A stretch of 61,309 bases of DNA, counting the filler, from Dirinaria sp. TL-2023a (lineage: Eukaryota), in assembly GCA_051941275.1 (NCBI GenBank). It is 7 parts of 7 records of this genome, joined end to end, with 100 filler letters (N's around TTAATTAATTAA, not from the genome) between each part and the next. Parts side by side here need not be neighbours in the genome. Positions count along the whole stretch, not along the records: positions 1 to 8,699 come from JAVEBF010001149.1; positions 8,800 to 17,488 come from JAVEBF010001150.1; 5 more parts are not named here. One strand, written 5' to 3'. Shown here piece after piece: positions 1-11,724 of the stretch. The notes under the pieces were generated by a model, which saw nothing but the letters and a program-made list of their open reading frames with translations, searched no databases and was not told the DNA's origin. Position 1 is the first letter of the stretch. Every line of letters begins with the position of its first letter. A program made the translations under genes and the position numbers.

Positions 1-100
1 CGTCTTTGATGTCTCGAGTGTAAAATTCATCGATCTCCCTTACTCTGACAGAGTGCGAAGTTTCAAGCAACGATGATTTCACGAGATGACGATGGACTGA

Positions 101-241
101 TTCATCACGAACGTGCCATCGTCAAATAGGCAAACCGTTAAAGCAAGATTGAAGATGTTAGAAGAAAAATTTTTGGAGAGAGAGACATTGATAGATTTCA
201 CCACGAACGTGTCATCGTCAAATAGACAAATCGTTAAAGTA
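101..241. repeat. Degenerate direct repeat (96-bp period) differing only by transitions
   Basis: 101-145 (ttcatcacgaacgtgccatcgtcaaataggcaaaccgttaaagca) vs 197-241 (ttcaccacgaacgtgtcatcgtcaaatagacaaatcgttaaagta) are 40/45 identical. All 5 mismatches are C/T or G/A. Looser similarity continues into the GA-rich tails. Confidence 0.85.
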
Positions 242-3200
242 GGCTGAGATTATTAGAGAAAACACAAACTTTTGAGAGAGAGAGAGGTATTTATAGATGA
301 AAAACAATAAGTGAAGAGGGCGGCGTGGGCGGCAAAAGTGAAGATGGTGTGTCAGCCAAAGTAGGGTGGTGTGGCGGTAGTGGTTGCCTTTATTTATCTA
401 TAGTTGTTTCTTGTTTTTTTCGCTTTTTCTGTAATTGTTTGTTTTGGTCTCATATATGTCTTGCAAGACAAGGGAGAAAGGAAGTGTCTAGATGCCATGC
501 CATGGCATTAATGCCACCTTGGGTGAAAGCCGTGGCACTCCTTAGGTATATATCCAGGGGAAAGGCGAATACCGGCGAAAACAAAAGCGTACTTGCGGTA
601 TAACTCAAGCTGATATCGAAAGTTCTGTAAGGCTAATTGCTTGAGCTAATTCAGCATCTCTTCTGGATATGTAGTGAGAACTGGATTTTGATATTATATT
701 GGTTAATAGAGATTGCTGACCTCTTTATCTCTTTCTAGTCTTGATTATAGTATCTTACTAGATTTCTAAAAGCATCTTAAAACAGCATCGATTGACTCTT
801 AGCACGACTATTTTCCTTGGCCCTAACCCCCGGCCCCACCACAAATCCCAACAGAAGTCTCAAACTATGTAAGCAAAAGTTCCCCGCTCAAGCAGCCGTC
901 GAGAAATTATAGAGGAATGTTCGTTCTCGAAAATCCTCGCTAGCTAAACAGCGATTGTACAGGTTGAATAGATCTTCTTTTCATGTCCATTCTTGCCTAT
1001 GTACTCTATCAAACTCAATACCTTCACAGCGTACCAAATATATCCTACGTTACCTACTGTCCTAAATAAATCTATCTACTGGCGCCATGAAGAAGTCTGT
1101 CCGCTCATCTCGCCCTACCAGTCTCCAAATATCGTTGCTAAAATGGCTAAGGGCACGTCGCAAGGCCAAGAACTCGATTTGCGTCCCGGAGATATCGACC
1201 ATGTCTGCCCGGGCGACCGCTCTGCACGATAAGGGGCTTGCGGGACACGGAACAGTAATTCTGCAGCCGGTGGCGGTAATTAGGTGTAAACGATCCATGC
1301 ACCAAATCCAATATCTTCAATATCGTCCTCGATTTGAGATGAAGAGTAGCGCCCACGGTGCCGGTGATAGCCAACACCACCAAGGCTACGGCGAACAAAG
1401 AGCGCGGAATGATTCTAATGTCGGTGCGACGAGTGGGGATGATGGTTTTTGCAAGCCATCTATATCGCGTTAGAGGCTTGAGATGCTGACGTCTTGCACG
1501 CTGTCGTGGGGTAGTACAGGGTTTGCGTGGAATCGGACATTGGCCGGTTAACTCATCTCGCTCTCTAGCGCAGGATGGTCTCCCATGAGCTCGTTCTCTC
1601 GCTGGATTTGCTGCTGCTGCTTCAGATGCTCTTGTTGCTGCACATGAGCAATCCGAGGGTGGCGTCGACCATATTCAGTCATGCCTATGGAAAAAAGCCC
1701 ACTGATCATAAGTCGGCGTCTCTGAACCACGAGGCTCAACATGCGTAAGTAGCTCGTCATTGTGATAAGAGGTAGTATCGGTGGTCAAGATCGAAGGTTG
1801 TTTGAGCTTCTTGAGAGACTGTTTCGTTCGATGTATGATTGGGGATTGTTAAAGTAGGATTGCCAAAGGTCAGATGTTGGGTAAATGAGGGTCTAGTTTG
1901 ACAGAAAGCTGGATTGGAGTCCTTTAAATACACTCTCTGACACGGAAAGATCCGGAGCAATCCTGCAAAATTGCCTCAATTTAGTTGAACACCAAAATTT
2001 GTTCTTGATGAGTCCCAACAATTCACCATTTTTTTCGGTGATCGAATAATATGCCAAGACACCGAACCAAGGCTAGTGCTCAGTGTCGAAGTCATCTGTT
2101 GAGATGGGTTACATTTGGGCTGCACTGTGGAACGCTCTCACTGGTCGCATTCCTGAGGTCTGTGTCCGAAAACATCCTCAAAGCTCTTTTCCTGCATTCG
2201 CTATCTCCAATATCAACAAGTTTATCAGTACAGGCGATTTTCCTGTACTCAACCAAAAAAGCGGCATCGACCCTCCAAATCAGTAGGCTTAGATGATGTT
2301 ACTGGCTAGCGCGTCTATGATCCAGCCATTGACAAGATCCAAATGAGACCAAACAGATCGGATTTCTGGTGTTTTCAAGTATCCATATTCGCGGTCTACG
2401 AGAGCCGTGAAATCGATCCAAAATCTGTCATTTCTAATCTTTCAGAGGGGAAAAGTGTTCTTGAAGACATTTTTGTTACGATGTCTGCGGGTTTGAGACG
2501 CTCATCGTGATCGTTGTGAGTGACAAGAATGAGAGCTCGTGAAAGCGCTTGTTGACCGCGTTTCAGTAGATGCAAGTGACGGTAGAGACGTGGAGATCCC
2601 GTCTTTCTGGAGCATTAGCAAGGAAGTTCTTCAGTTTCCTTCGTATCAATCACGACGACGATGATCTGAAGCCTCAGCGCTCGCATAATTGATGACTGCT
2701 TGCCGTGCGCAATGCAGGTCACTCTCCCAATGATGTTCGCTACGGAGAGGCTGACGGAAGGAACTGATAAGCCTTTGGCTTTTTCGCAATCTTTGCTGGA
2801 AACTATAAACGGATCTTTGCACCCTGTGAAAGACGACTGTTGCTGTGCTGCTAACGACTGGCATGTTTGTTAAATCATCCCCAGATTGCAAGTGACGTCG
2901 CGCTGTCCATGAGCCGAAAGATGGAAACTGTTCGGGTTTAAGCTCTGCGACAATGTTCTTTTTTTGTCGAACAGCAAACTTTTGCGCCAAAAAAGGCCTC
3001 CATCCTTGATGGGTGATACTTGCTGTACATAAGTTTGTTTATTTTGTCCGACATTTTTTTATCGTGTGCAGGCAGTCTTTCAGTCCGTCCAGTTTAGGAG
3101 TTTTGCTCTGTGGTCTGGCCGCAGAGACATTATGTTGACGGCGCTTTGCAGGTGTGAAGACTACGGGTCTGAGTATATTTTCTATATGTCGGGAGATGAG

Positions 3201-3959
3201 AAGCATTAGTGAAATGTCTTACCTTTCCAAAACATGAGAAAAGCACAATCTCATCACTATCTAACCTTCTTCGATCTTGGGCTTCAAGACTTTTGGAGGA
3301 GCGAGAAAGAGCAGTCAGTCAAGCTGTTAGGATCCAAGAAAATATCAATGACCCCAAGCCCTAATAAGGAGATTCTTCATCTGCTCACTCGTTTACTCGG
3401 CATCAGATGTTTGAATCCGCGTTGTGTCAGTTCGTGTGACAGATCTGTGCATTCATCTCGTAAGAGAACTGAAATACGCTAAATAACACATCTTTGGGTT
3501 TTTTATGCCGAGACTTGTTTCTACTTTGCCTTACTTAAAATCATCTCTAATTAGACCATCATCTGATTTCTTTCCGTCACCATCGAAGATCACATGGGAT
3601 CTAATCTATCATTGGACAACCTCACGCAGCTCGTCTTTGCGAGCGTTGCAAACTCCCAGCTAGGAAGAGACATCAAGCTAGTTGTTTGTAGGCACAAGGA
3701 TTTATGACGTTGAGCATGTCAAACAAGAATACAATCAATCATTCACCACAGCTATCTAAACAACTGCTTCCTGCTATAAATATTAGCCTACCCACTCCTC
3801 AATCGGTGTGACGAAATCTCACCGAGCGCATCATCAGTCTCACAAACTACAGCCTTTTCAACCATAGATCAAATTCTTCGATACTGAAAGGCCTCGTGTG
3901 CGTCCGCAAAAGGACCTCGAGATAAGTATTGAAGCCAAAGCGATCAGTGGGAAGTCATC

Positions 3960-4628
3960 ATGGATTCAAGATCCAATCTCAGTGCAAACGTCGAAAGGTT
4001 ACGCGTCGCTGAGAACGAAGTCCCAAGACCATGTTTCAGCCAACTGTGGGAGGACTTTGTGAAGAATTTATTCGAATCGCTTCCCCAAGGACAAACCGAG
4101 CTTGAGAGCTCGCTACATGAAGCGCTGGCCCTTTTCAAGAAGACATTTGGACATGATGGCTTTCTCAAATTTCGAGATTTCTGGACTGACAAAGAGTACC
4201 CGCCCCTCGCAATCAGCATCGAACGGCCTCCTTTACCAGCTCTGATCGAAAGTTATGATGGACCAAAAGTCAGGAGATTCATTGGACTAGTGCAAAATTT
4301 TTATCTCAGACAATGTGCAGCAGACGACTATCATCTCGTTATTGTCCTATTGGCAGGCCGAGATGTCCTTGAGGAACTTGCAACTGAACATGAGAGACAG
4401 CATACACCTGAAGACCCCGTTGATTCGACACGATATGCGAAAACAGTACTTGGGTATATATTAAAATCATACTCCAACGAACTAACGGAACCTCTCATCG
4501 ATAAACTCCGGGAGCTTCAGTCTGGGAACTCACCGGTCCTTTTCATAACGATAGTAATTGACAAATTGAAGTGTTGCTTTGGTGAGGGCGCCACCACGCT
4601 ACTTCCTCCAGACTTTACTTTCAGGTAA
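3960..4628 (+). CDS. Hypothetical protein (probably spliced or degenerate at the 3' end)
   Basis: 222-aa ORF with natural helical composition. It ends at a GTAAGA donor (4625) with an ACTAAC branch site at ~4643. A coding-looking segment (EYSHWGQFDEAF...SETY*) follows at ~4679-4882, but I could not splice it in frame. No family recognised. Confidence 0.4.
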   Translation: MDSRSNLSANVERLRVAENEVPRPCFSQLWEDFVKNLFESLPQGQTELESSLHEALALFKKTFGHDGFLKFRDFWTDKEYPPLAISIERPPLPALIESYDGPKVRRFIGLVQNFYLRQCAADDYHLVIVLLAGRDVLEELATEHERQHTPEDPVDSTRYAKTVLGYILKSYSNELTEPLIDKLRELQSGNSPVLFITIVIDKLKCCFGEGATTLLPPDFTFR

Positions 4629-6160
4629 GAGTGCCTCGATTTACTAACGTCGCAAAAGAATGTTAGCCCTGATGTAAGGAGTACAGTCACTGGGGGCAGT
4701 TTGACGAAGCCTTTGACTATATCCTCAAAACCTTAACTGCTGACGAAAGCAACGAACTTCGACAAAGAATGCAAGCGATCTACACGGAAGCGCACCGCTT
4801 GAGCAAATGCTATCCACTAAAGGAAGAACGAACTGAAGAAAATCTGGAAAGTCTGAGAAAAGTGATGTCTGAAACCTACTAGTTTGGATTCGTCGGAGCC
4901 TGGGACCAGCGAGTCCCAGAAGTAGTGCTCTCTGACTCACGAATGGAATCTTGAAGATGGTTGACAGCACCGCTGGGATCTATTGGGAAGCTGCGTTTTA
5001 AAAATAGTGGCTCGAAAGATTTTCATTGTTGTCGCTTGTACATCTTAGAGCAAGGCATACCCTAGAGCATAGGTAGCTCGATCTTATATCAAAATTTCCG
5101 TAAATCAGTACCAAATCTCCTAGAACATGTACTTTGACGCAAATCTCCCTGCCACATACTCAACAAAGACTACTAATCCCCCCTTTCCCTTCTAGTATCC
5201 GTCAACTGGCCACACCCTCGCCCAGACTACATTCTGTCAGTGTATGCCTGACGTCGATGGCGCAGGCAGCAACTGGCGAGAACGTGTATAGTTGTTGACT
5301 TGCATACTTATTATTATTAAAGAATGAGGATGCCAGTGCGGTCTAAATAATACACGATAATAATGCTAGCAGCCCTATACGACCAAACAAGAGGTTTGAC
5401 CGAGAAATAGCCGAGGTTTGGCCGAAGGTAAATGCACACACCACCTCCAACACATTCTCTTATGAACCTCTCTGGTTATCGCTGTGATTTCCCAGATTTT
5501 GAAACTCATTTTTGCAACGTTAATTCTCCCCTCTGCCGCCATTTTCAAGTACATCCTCAGGGTTTCTCGGTCGGAGTAAATTTTTATCCGAAGTTGTGCC
5601 GAAGCATAACAAACTCGATGTCGTCATTCGCACAATTTCAGGCGGAGAACCGTGCTCTGTGTTGTATTCTACAAGTATCTTGATGGAAATGAAAAGGAAA
5701 TTTGGCCCATTGGTTGAATCTCAGGTACTTGATAGAAGAATCTTTACTTGTTTTCAAGCGAACCAAGCAATACTGACATGGAGAACAGCTGCCGCACGAG
5801 CCACAGACGCTTTACAATGGATCACCCTCTTCACCGACTTGCAAGCGAAGGAAATCATCTGGCTCTTCCAAGGTCAATCAACTGGTCGCCGTCAGTTCAT
5901 TTTGTTAATGTTGTGGACAGGGTCTTGAATTTCGTGCAATCCTCACTGCGTCAAATCAACAATCGAGCTTTACCTCTTCCCATTCCCTTCTCTCTACATC
6001 TGATCCGTCTCTTTCGTTTGATCGCCTTGAGAGACGATCGAAATCTCCGCGTCAATCTACTTGTAGCACAGAGCCATCATCCTCATATATGCAAAGCCAT
6101 TGCCATTCTGGCTGCTCCCTTCCTCTCACTCAAGAGAACCTAGCCTTACTGTGTCCAGAT

Positions 6161-7357
6161 ATGGCTTTTCCACACACTTCTACTGCTTCGTCAAAGACCT
6201 CCAAGACTACATCATCAAAGGATGTTGACCGCGTTAGGGACATACTGGAATGGAACGGATATAAAATGCATATGGACGACAACGCTACTACAAATTGCGA
6301 GGTTTGGAAATATGCACAGGACATTGTCAAGAACAGGGAGAGGCATTCTGAATTGAATAGTGTAGCCCTGACAAACCTTCACAACATTCGCAAAGAGTAT
6401 AACAAATCGAACGAGCTGACCTTCATTGTCAAATTTTGGCCAGCCTTTGTGACAGAGGGTCGGCAAGTTGAAGCCGGCGGTGTGTCAGGGGACGAAATAT
6501 GTGGAGAAACACAAAGCGATCGTGCAACAGGGGACATAGATGAAACTGAGCACGAATGCGAAGGGGTTCTGGGGTCAATTGACACAACAATCTGGCAATT
6601 GGAAAGCGTAGATGATGGTACCGCAGAAGATCCACCTACCTGGACGGACCAAGCATGGGACAAAGATTTTCTACGCAGCAATTGGAACTCCAAATTCGAC
6701 AGATGGGTACTTCCCTTACTGGACAAGCCAAAGAACGACAGAATTCATAACGAGCTCCTCGCTGAGATAGAAACTCCTCAGCCAGATATCGCTTACGGCT
6801 TGAAGAAGGAGGCTTTTACACATGACGAACAATTCATCAACAGCTCGTGCGCTGCTAGTCAGATCTCGCAACACCTCTACCATACCTTTTTCGTAGTTGA
6901 TGCTAATAGCTTCAAGAAAAACCTTATAGACGAAGCCGAAAACCAATGTTGTCGCTCTGGAGCATCCATGGTCAACGCCAGGCGAATTTTCAACGCCGAG
7001 ACTGGGCAGCGATCGAGCCCAGGCGCGGATTTGACTTCGATAGCCTTCTCCCTTGCACTTACACCCTGCTTCGGCATTTTGTTTGTCCACTGGGCTGAGG
7101 TTGTTGATGACAAGACGACATTTCACATGAGTTTCATAGAGTCGTATTCGCTTCGAATGCGCGGCGGAATCGTGGATATGAAACATGACATCGATAACAT
7201 TCTGGATTGGGGAACTTTACAACGTAAGAACGAACTCAAGCAGGTTTGTCGGAGGATCCAAGAAAGCCGCAATGCAGGCGACGTCCAGGGTCCACATTTG
7301 AAAAACCCTGTACGTAGACCTAATAACTCGTATGTATGTTTTAGAGATGTCCATTGA
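6161..7357 (+). CDS. Fungal PD-(D/E)xK-like uncharacterised protein (DUF7924-like)
   Basis: Long ORF with the motif series TPQPDIAYG ... FFVVDANS ... AENQCCRSGASMV ... AFSLAL ... LFVHW ... IDNILDWG. This matches, from memory, a widespread ascomycete family with PD..G / ExK / AxNQ. The start was chosen at the MAFP ATG (6161); the in-frame ATG at 6089 is an alternative. Confidence 0.7.
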   Translation: MAFPHTSTASSKTSKTTSSKDVDRVRDILEWNGYKMHMDDNATTNCEVWKYAQDIVKNRERHSELNSVALTNLHNIRKEYNKSNELTFIVKFWPAFVTEGRQVEAGGVSGDEICGETQSDRATGDIDETEHECEGVLGSIDTTIWQLESVDDGTAEDPPTWTDQAWDKDFLRSNWNSKFDRWVLPLLDKPKNDRIHNELLAEIETPQPDIAYGLKKEAFTHDEQFINSSCAASQISQHLYHTFFVVDANSFKKNLIDEAENQCCRSGASMVNARRIFNAETGQRSSPGADLTSIAFSLALTPCFGILFVHWAEVVDDKTTFHMSFIESYSLRMRGGIVDMKHDIDNILDWGTLQRKNELKQVCRRIQESRNAGDVQGPHLKNPVRRPNNSYVCFRDVH

Positions 7358-8699
7358 CACTCATTGCCCGCGTATTGTTCTTCATGGCCACTCTGATCCC
7401 TCAGCTCTGAAGCAGAAGTTCCCATGTTTCGTTCATCCCCGCCAGTCACAAAAAAGTCGATAATGGATCGACCGAATACGTCAACTTTTGACAATTTCGA
7501 AATGGAAGTCTCATCGAGACGTGATTCTTTGGCTCACTCAAGCATCTGCATTCAGGAATCCAAGAAGTTAAGACCAATCCCGTCGAGATATCTCTGCATT
7601 TAAGAACCCGTTACAAAGCTGGATGTCAGTTACTTAATTTCAGTGACGCTATCGAGAGACCTCATCTTCATGGAATTCAGCATCTTCATGATCCACCTTG
7701 TGTCTGAGAAGAATTCTTCTCACCAGCCACATAAAGACCTTCCTCCCTTCGCCTAACCACCTCGACAGCGAACTTCTCATTCCCTACCCCGTCGAGCATG
7801 TTTCTGAGTATCAGAACCATGAATATCTGCATACCCTTAAGTGTTTACCCAGATTTTTCGCTTTTTAGTAGAAACAGGTTTCTTTTTACTTGAGTATGAT
7901 TTAGCCGTACTCGGTTTCATCCTCCTCCTACTCCTTCTCTTCGTCTCATCATCGCTAACGTCAGAGTCAGAGTCAAGACTTACATATTTAGGAGAATCAG
8001 AGACGAGGTTTCTTTCTGCATTCTTTGAGCGTTCTCATCGACGTGGATACGACATCCACCGATTCTTTTAAGAACATATTCAAGCTTAGTTTCTTTCATT
8101 TCGAGATAGCAAGTGCATCAGTGTCACAATTCCAAACGATAAAAATCCTCGCGGTATGATAAATCTGTTCCAAGCCCCTGAGGGATCTCTTGACATCCGA
8201 GCAGATGAATTACATCTACAAAAATAATGTTGAACCATAAATCCCTAATAAATTTTCAACTGAGCCAAAAAGCCATCCTTATATCCCCAGTTCCACTTAT
8301 ATCCTATACAGAACACATTCTCTTAAATCCTGACGCCAAATTTTCTCACTCATAAGCAACTTATTAGCCCGCACCTCTAGATCCTTCCCTATCCCGATCA
8401 AGATATCTGTCCTTTTGTATTTCCAACCCCTTCAAATATCCCAAGCGTCCTATTCCTACAGCAATGTCTACCATACGAACCCGATAAGAAGGGCCGAGCT
8501 TAGTAGACTTTCTCTGATGCAGCGAGTTTAGATCTCGTCTAGTCTTATCCTTGGCTATGGAGGCAGGATTTGGAGAGGTGTGATGCGTTGACGAGGCTTT
8601 AGAATGGTTTAATCCTAATGGGGGGGAATGGAGAGTTAAAGGTATTGGGGTCTTTTATACATTGAAATAATGGTTATGGAGTGGAGGGGCGGGTATAAC

Positions 8700-8799
8700 N
8701 NNNNNNNNNNNNNNNNNNNNNNNNNNNNNNNNNNNNNNNNNNNTTAATTAATTAANNNNNNNNNNNNNNNNNNNNNNNNNNNNNNNNNNNNNNNNNNNN
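8700..8799. other. Artificial contig spacer N44-TTAATTAATTAA-N44
   Basis: Seen directly; six-frame stop linker flanked by 44 Ns on each side. Confidence 0.99.
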
Positions 8800-10630
8800 G
8801 ATTTACAGTATACGAGGGGTACGAAAGAGGCGTTGAGGATGGTCCAGATGATGTAGAATTTCCAGTGCAGGTTTTGGATTCCACTTGGGGTAATTTCAAC
8901 CACCATGACTGTGGAGATTTAAAGTTATATTTGTTAGCTGAGATCGAGGTTGGATAGCTTTGGGTTGAGGTTTTTGGGAGGCTTAGAGAGACTACTGAGC
9001 TTACAGTTGAAGATCCAATTTGAAGCCGTGCCCAGCGCCGCACCTTTCGTTCTCATGCTCAAGGAGTTTATCTCCGTCGGATAGAGCCACGGAACGCCCT
9101 GCATCCCGATGCCGAAGAAGATGTAGTACAGGAAGAAAAATGCCACCGATGCGGACGCAACTTGTTTGCTCGCACTATACCCCGGCAGCTCGTTGTATCT
9201 GAGGAGTATGGTGATGATCAGATAGCAGAAGCATTGGCCGGACGATGCAAAGATCAGCATCTTCCTCCTACCCCAGTTCTCCACATTCGGGATGCCGATC
9301 AGACTGAAAGCGAGATAGCTGACGGAGTTGCACGCCGCCAGCAGACGGGCCAGCTTTTCGTCCAGGCCCACCGATTGGATTAGCACGGTTGGGAGGTAGT
9401 ATGATGTTACGTTGATGCCTGCAAGTTGCTGCATGGACTGCGTGCCTGCACCCAGGATCAGTCGACGGATGGTGGAGGTTTTGGCTGCTCCGGTTCTGCC
9501 TCGCAGTAGATCCCACCAGCTGACGCCGTTCTCGCGTTCGAACTCGACCTAAAAAGTCGATTCAGCCTTCCACGCTGGATGGATGGTCTAAGAGGGAATC
9601 TTACAGCATACTGGATTTCTTTCGATTCGGTAATCACCCAAGGATCGTCGATCGCCGTATTCTCTAGATCTGCTATGATCTGCTCTGCTTCCTCTACTTG
9701 CCCACGGGCCATGAGCCAACGTGGGGATTCGGGCAGCCAGGGCACGGTTGCGTATAGGACGAAGATGAAAAGGAATTGAAATGCAAGCGGGAGTCTCCTT
9801 TCAATCTTGTAAGAGATGATAGCAAGGGGCTAATGATGATACCCACCACGCTACAGGTCCTGCGACATACGAGAAGCCGTACGTGACCCTGCACGATGTC
9901 AGCCAAATCATGCCAACTCATAATCAGTGGGCATTTCGCACCAATTGGAAAGAGAAAAGCCAGCAATATTCAAGATCAACTCAATCACCACCAATTTGCC
10001 TCTCCAATGGGCCTGGGAGGTCTCGGCTTGCCATACCGGAGCGGTGGCCGTGTTCAAACCATTACCGATGCCGGCGATGATACGGCCGACGATCATCTGG
10101 GCAGTGCTGTATGCAGTGATTTGGAGAATAGCACCTATGCTCATGATCGTCGTCCCTAGCAGTACGGTCTTCTTTCTGCCGAGCATCTCGCCAAGTGAGA
10201 AAGCCGCGATGGCTCCAAAAAAGCACCCGACATCGTCTGGTACGAGCCTGTTAACAAGGCATCAATCATTCAGAGTGAGTGGCCTACATATCGCTGTGAC
10301 TGTTCCGAGCAACTGGGTGTTCTGAGCACCGCCGAGCTTTAATGTATCCAGGAAATCTTGAGTAACAATGACGCCACCTGGGGGTCCGTGTTAGCAGGGT
10401 ATAGCCTGTCGACCGGACCTGATTGCAGAAGCCGCTTAACGAGGGAGCGCTCTTCAACTCACCGAAGACACCTTGATCATAGCCAAAAAGGGTCATATCG
10501 GTGGAGCAAGCAACAGACACCTAAAGCAGCCATTAACAACGCGACCTTGTGAATATTCCATATTCCATTCGAGAATTGGACCTACCCAAAAGGTAAGCCA
10601 TCCTCCCTTCAGACCAAAATAGGGGGCCAT
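8800..10630 (-). CDS. MFS sugar porter, STL1-like glycerol/polyol:H+ symporter; multi-exon, 3' truncated at contig edge
   Basis: Exons read MAPYFGLKGGWLTFW / ..DMTLFGYDQGVF / ..GEMLGRKKT..VGRIIAGIGNG..APVWQAE / WLPESPRWL / MQQLAGINVTSYY..VPWLYPTEINSLSMRTKGAALGTASNWIFN. These are sugar-porter signature motifs. Numerous GT..AG introns are present. Confidence 0.93.
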
Positions 10631-11724
10631 GGTTGCAATTCCTCTCCGACGAAAGAGAATTCTCCTGAGTCGCACGAACGCGGTATAAGAGATATATAAG
10701 AAGAATCGAGACGAGAAGAAAGACCGCGGAAGGGCCGAGCAGGATCATCTTCACAGCTACGTACATTAGTCCCGCGGGCCATGTTGCTCGACGTCACTGG
10801 ACCAAGCAAGATAAGGTGGAGGTGAAAAGGCGGGGCAGAGGAAATGGGAAACGACTAACGAGCAACGGTCGAAGAGAACCTCGGTATTGGAAGGCCTATA
10901 AAGTCCGGTTACGCTCCGACGACTTACCCCACAGTTTAGCCTGAACTCAATTAAAGTAGTAAAAGGCACTCGGCACCCACCATCAAACACCCTCAAACAC
11001 CTCATCCCTCCACCCGCGGGAGCCGTGCCGGAAGATGTCAGCCAAGAGCCTGCCGACTCGGCCCGTGTCGCCTTTCTTCCACCGCCTGCAGCCGCTGAAC
11101 CTCTCGAACCCTCGAACCAATAATCCCCAGAAGCTGCGATTGAACGGAAATATCTCCAACGCTATCATCTCTTCTATCAGCCGAGTGATGTGAAGACAGA
11201 TTACGCGCTAGTAGAAACGAGGCACGAGTGAGGGAAAGGACTAGAATGCGCAGAGCTGCACCTGAACTTGCCGATGAAGAAGCAAAGAGAAGTATTGAGA
11301 AAGGCTGCACCTTCAGCCTTTGCTCACCAAGCTAAGACCATTGAGAAACACAGCCGATACAGTCTCGAGCAGCTGGCTCGTAGTTAATGGTGATATATCA
11401 ATGAAAAAGTAGGTATGGTGTTTACGGACGCAATCGTTGTAGAGATGGGAACAATTTCACGGGACCAGGCTAAGCAGCGGCAGCAAACAGTTGAAAAATT
11501 CCATCGTTCATCCGTGAGGGAAATTTTCTTTTAGCGTTCTCCTTGAAAAGCTTGAGAGTCGAGCCTGGGTTACGCTCGAACACCTTCCATTGATCACCTA
11601 CCCACAAAACACTCTCAATTTCCTTTTCCGTAAATCCAACAGCAAATTGGAGGGCACATGTCTCCAGCGCAAATTATGCAGGGCGGCTCCATTTCCCCTC
11701 CCTATCCCCAATGGCTGGATGAAT

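Noticed and set aside
821..830. CCCTAACCCC telomere-like motif
   Set aside because: A single unit, expected by chance.
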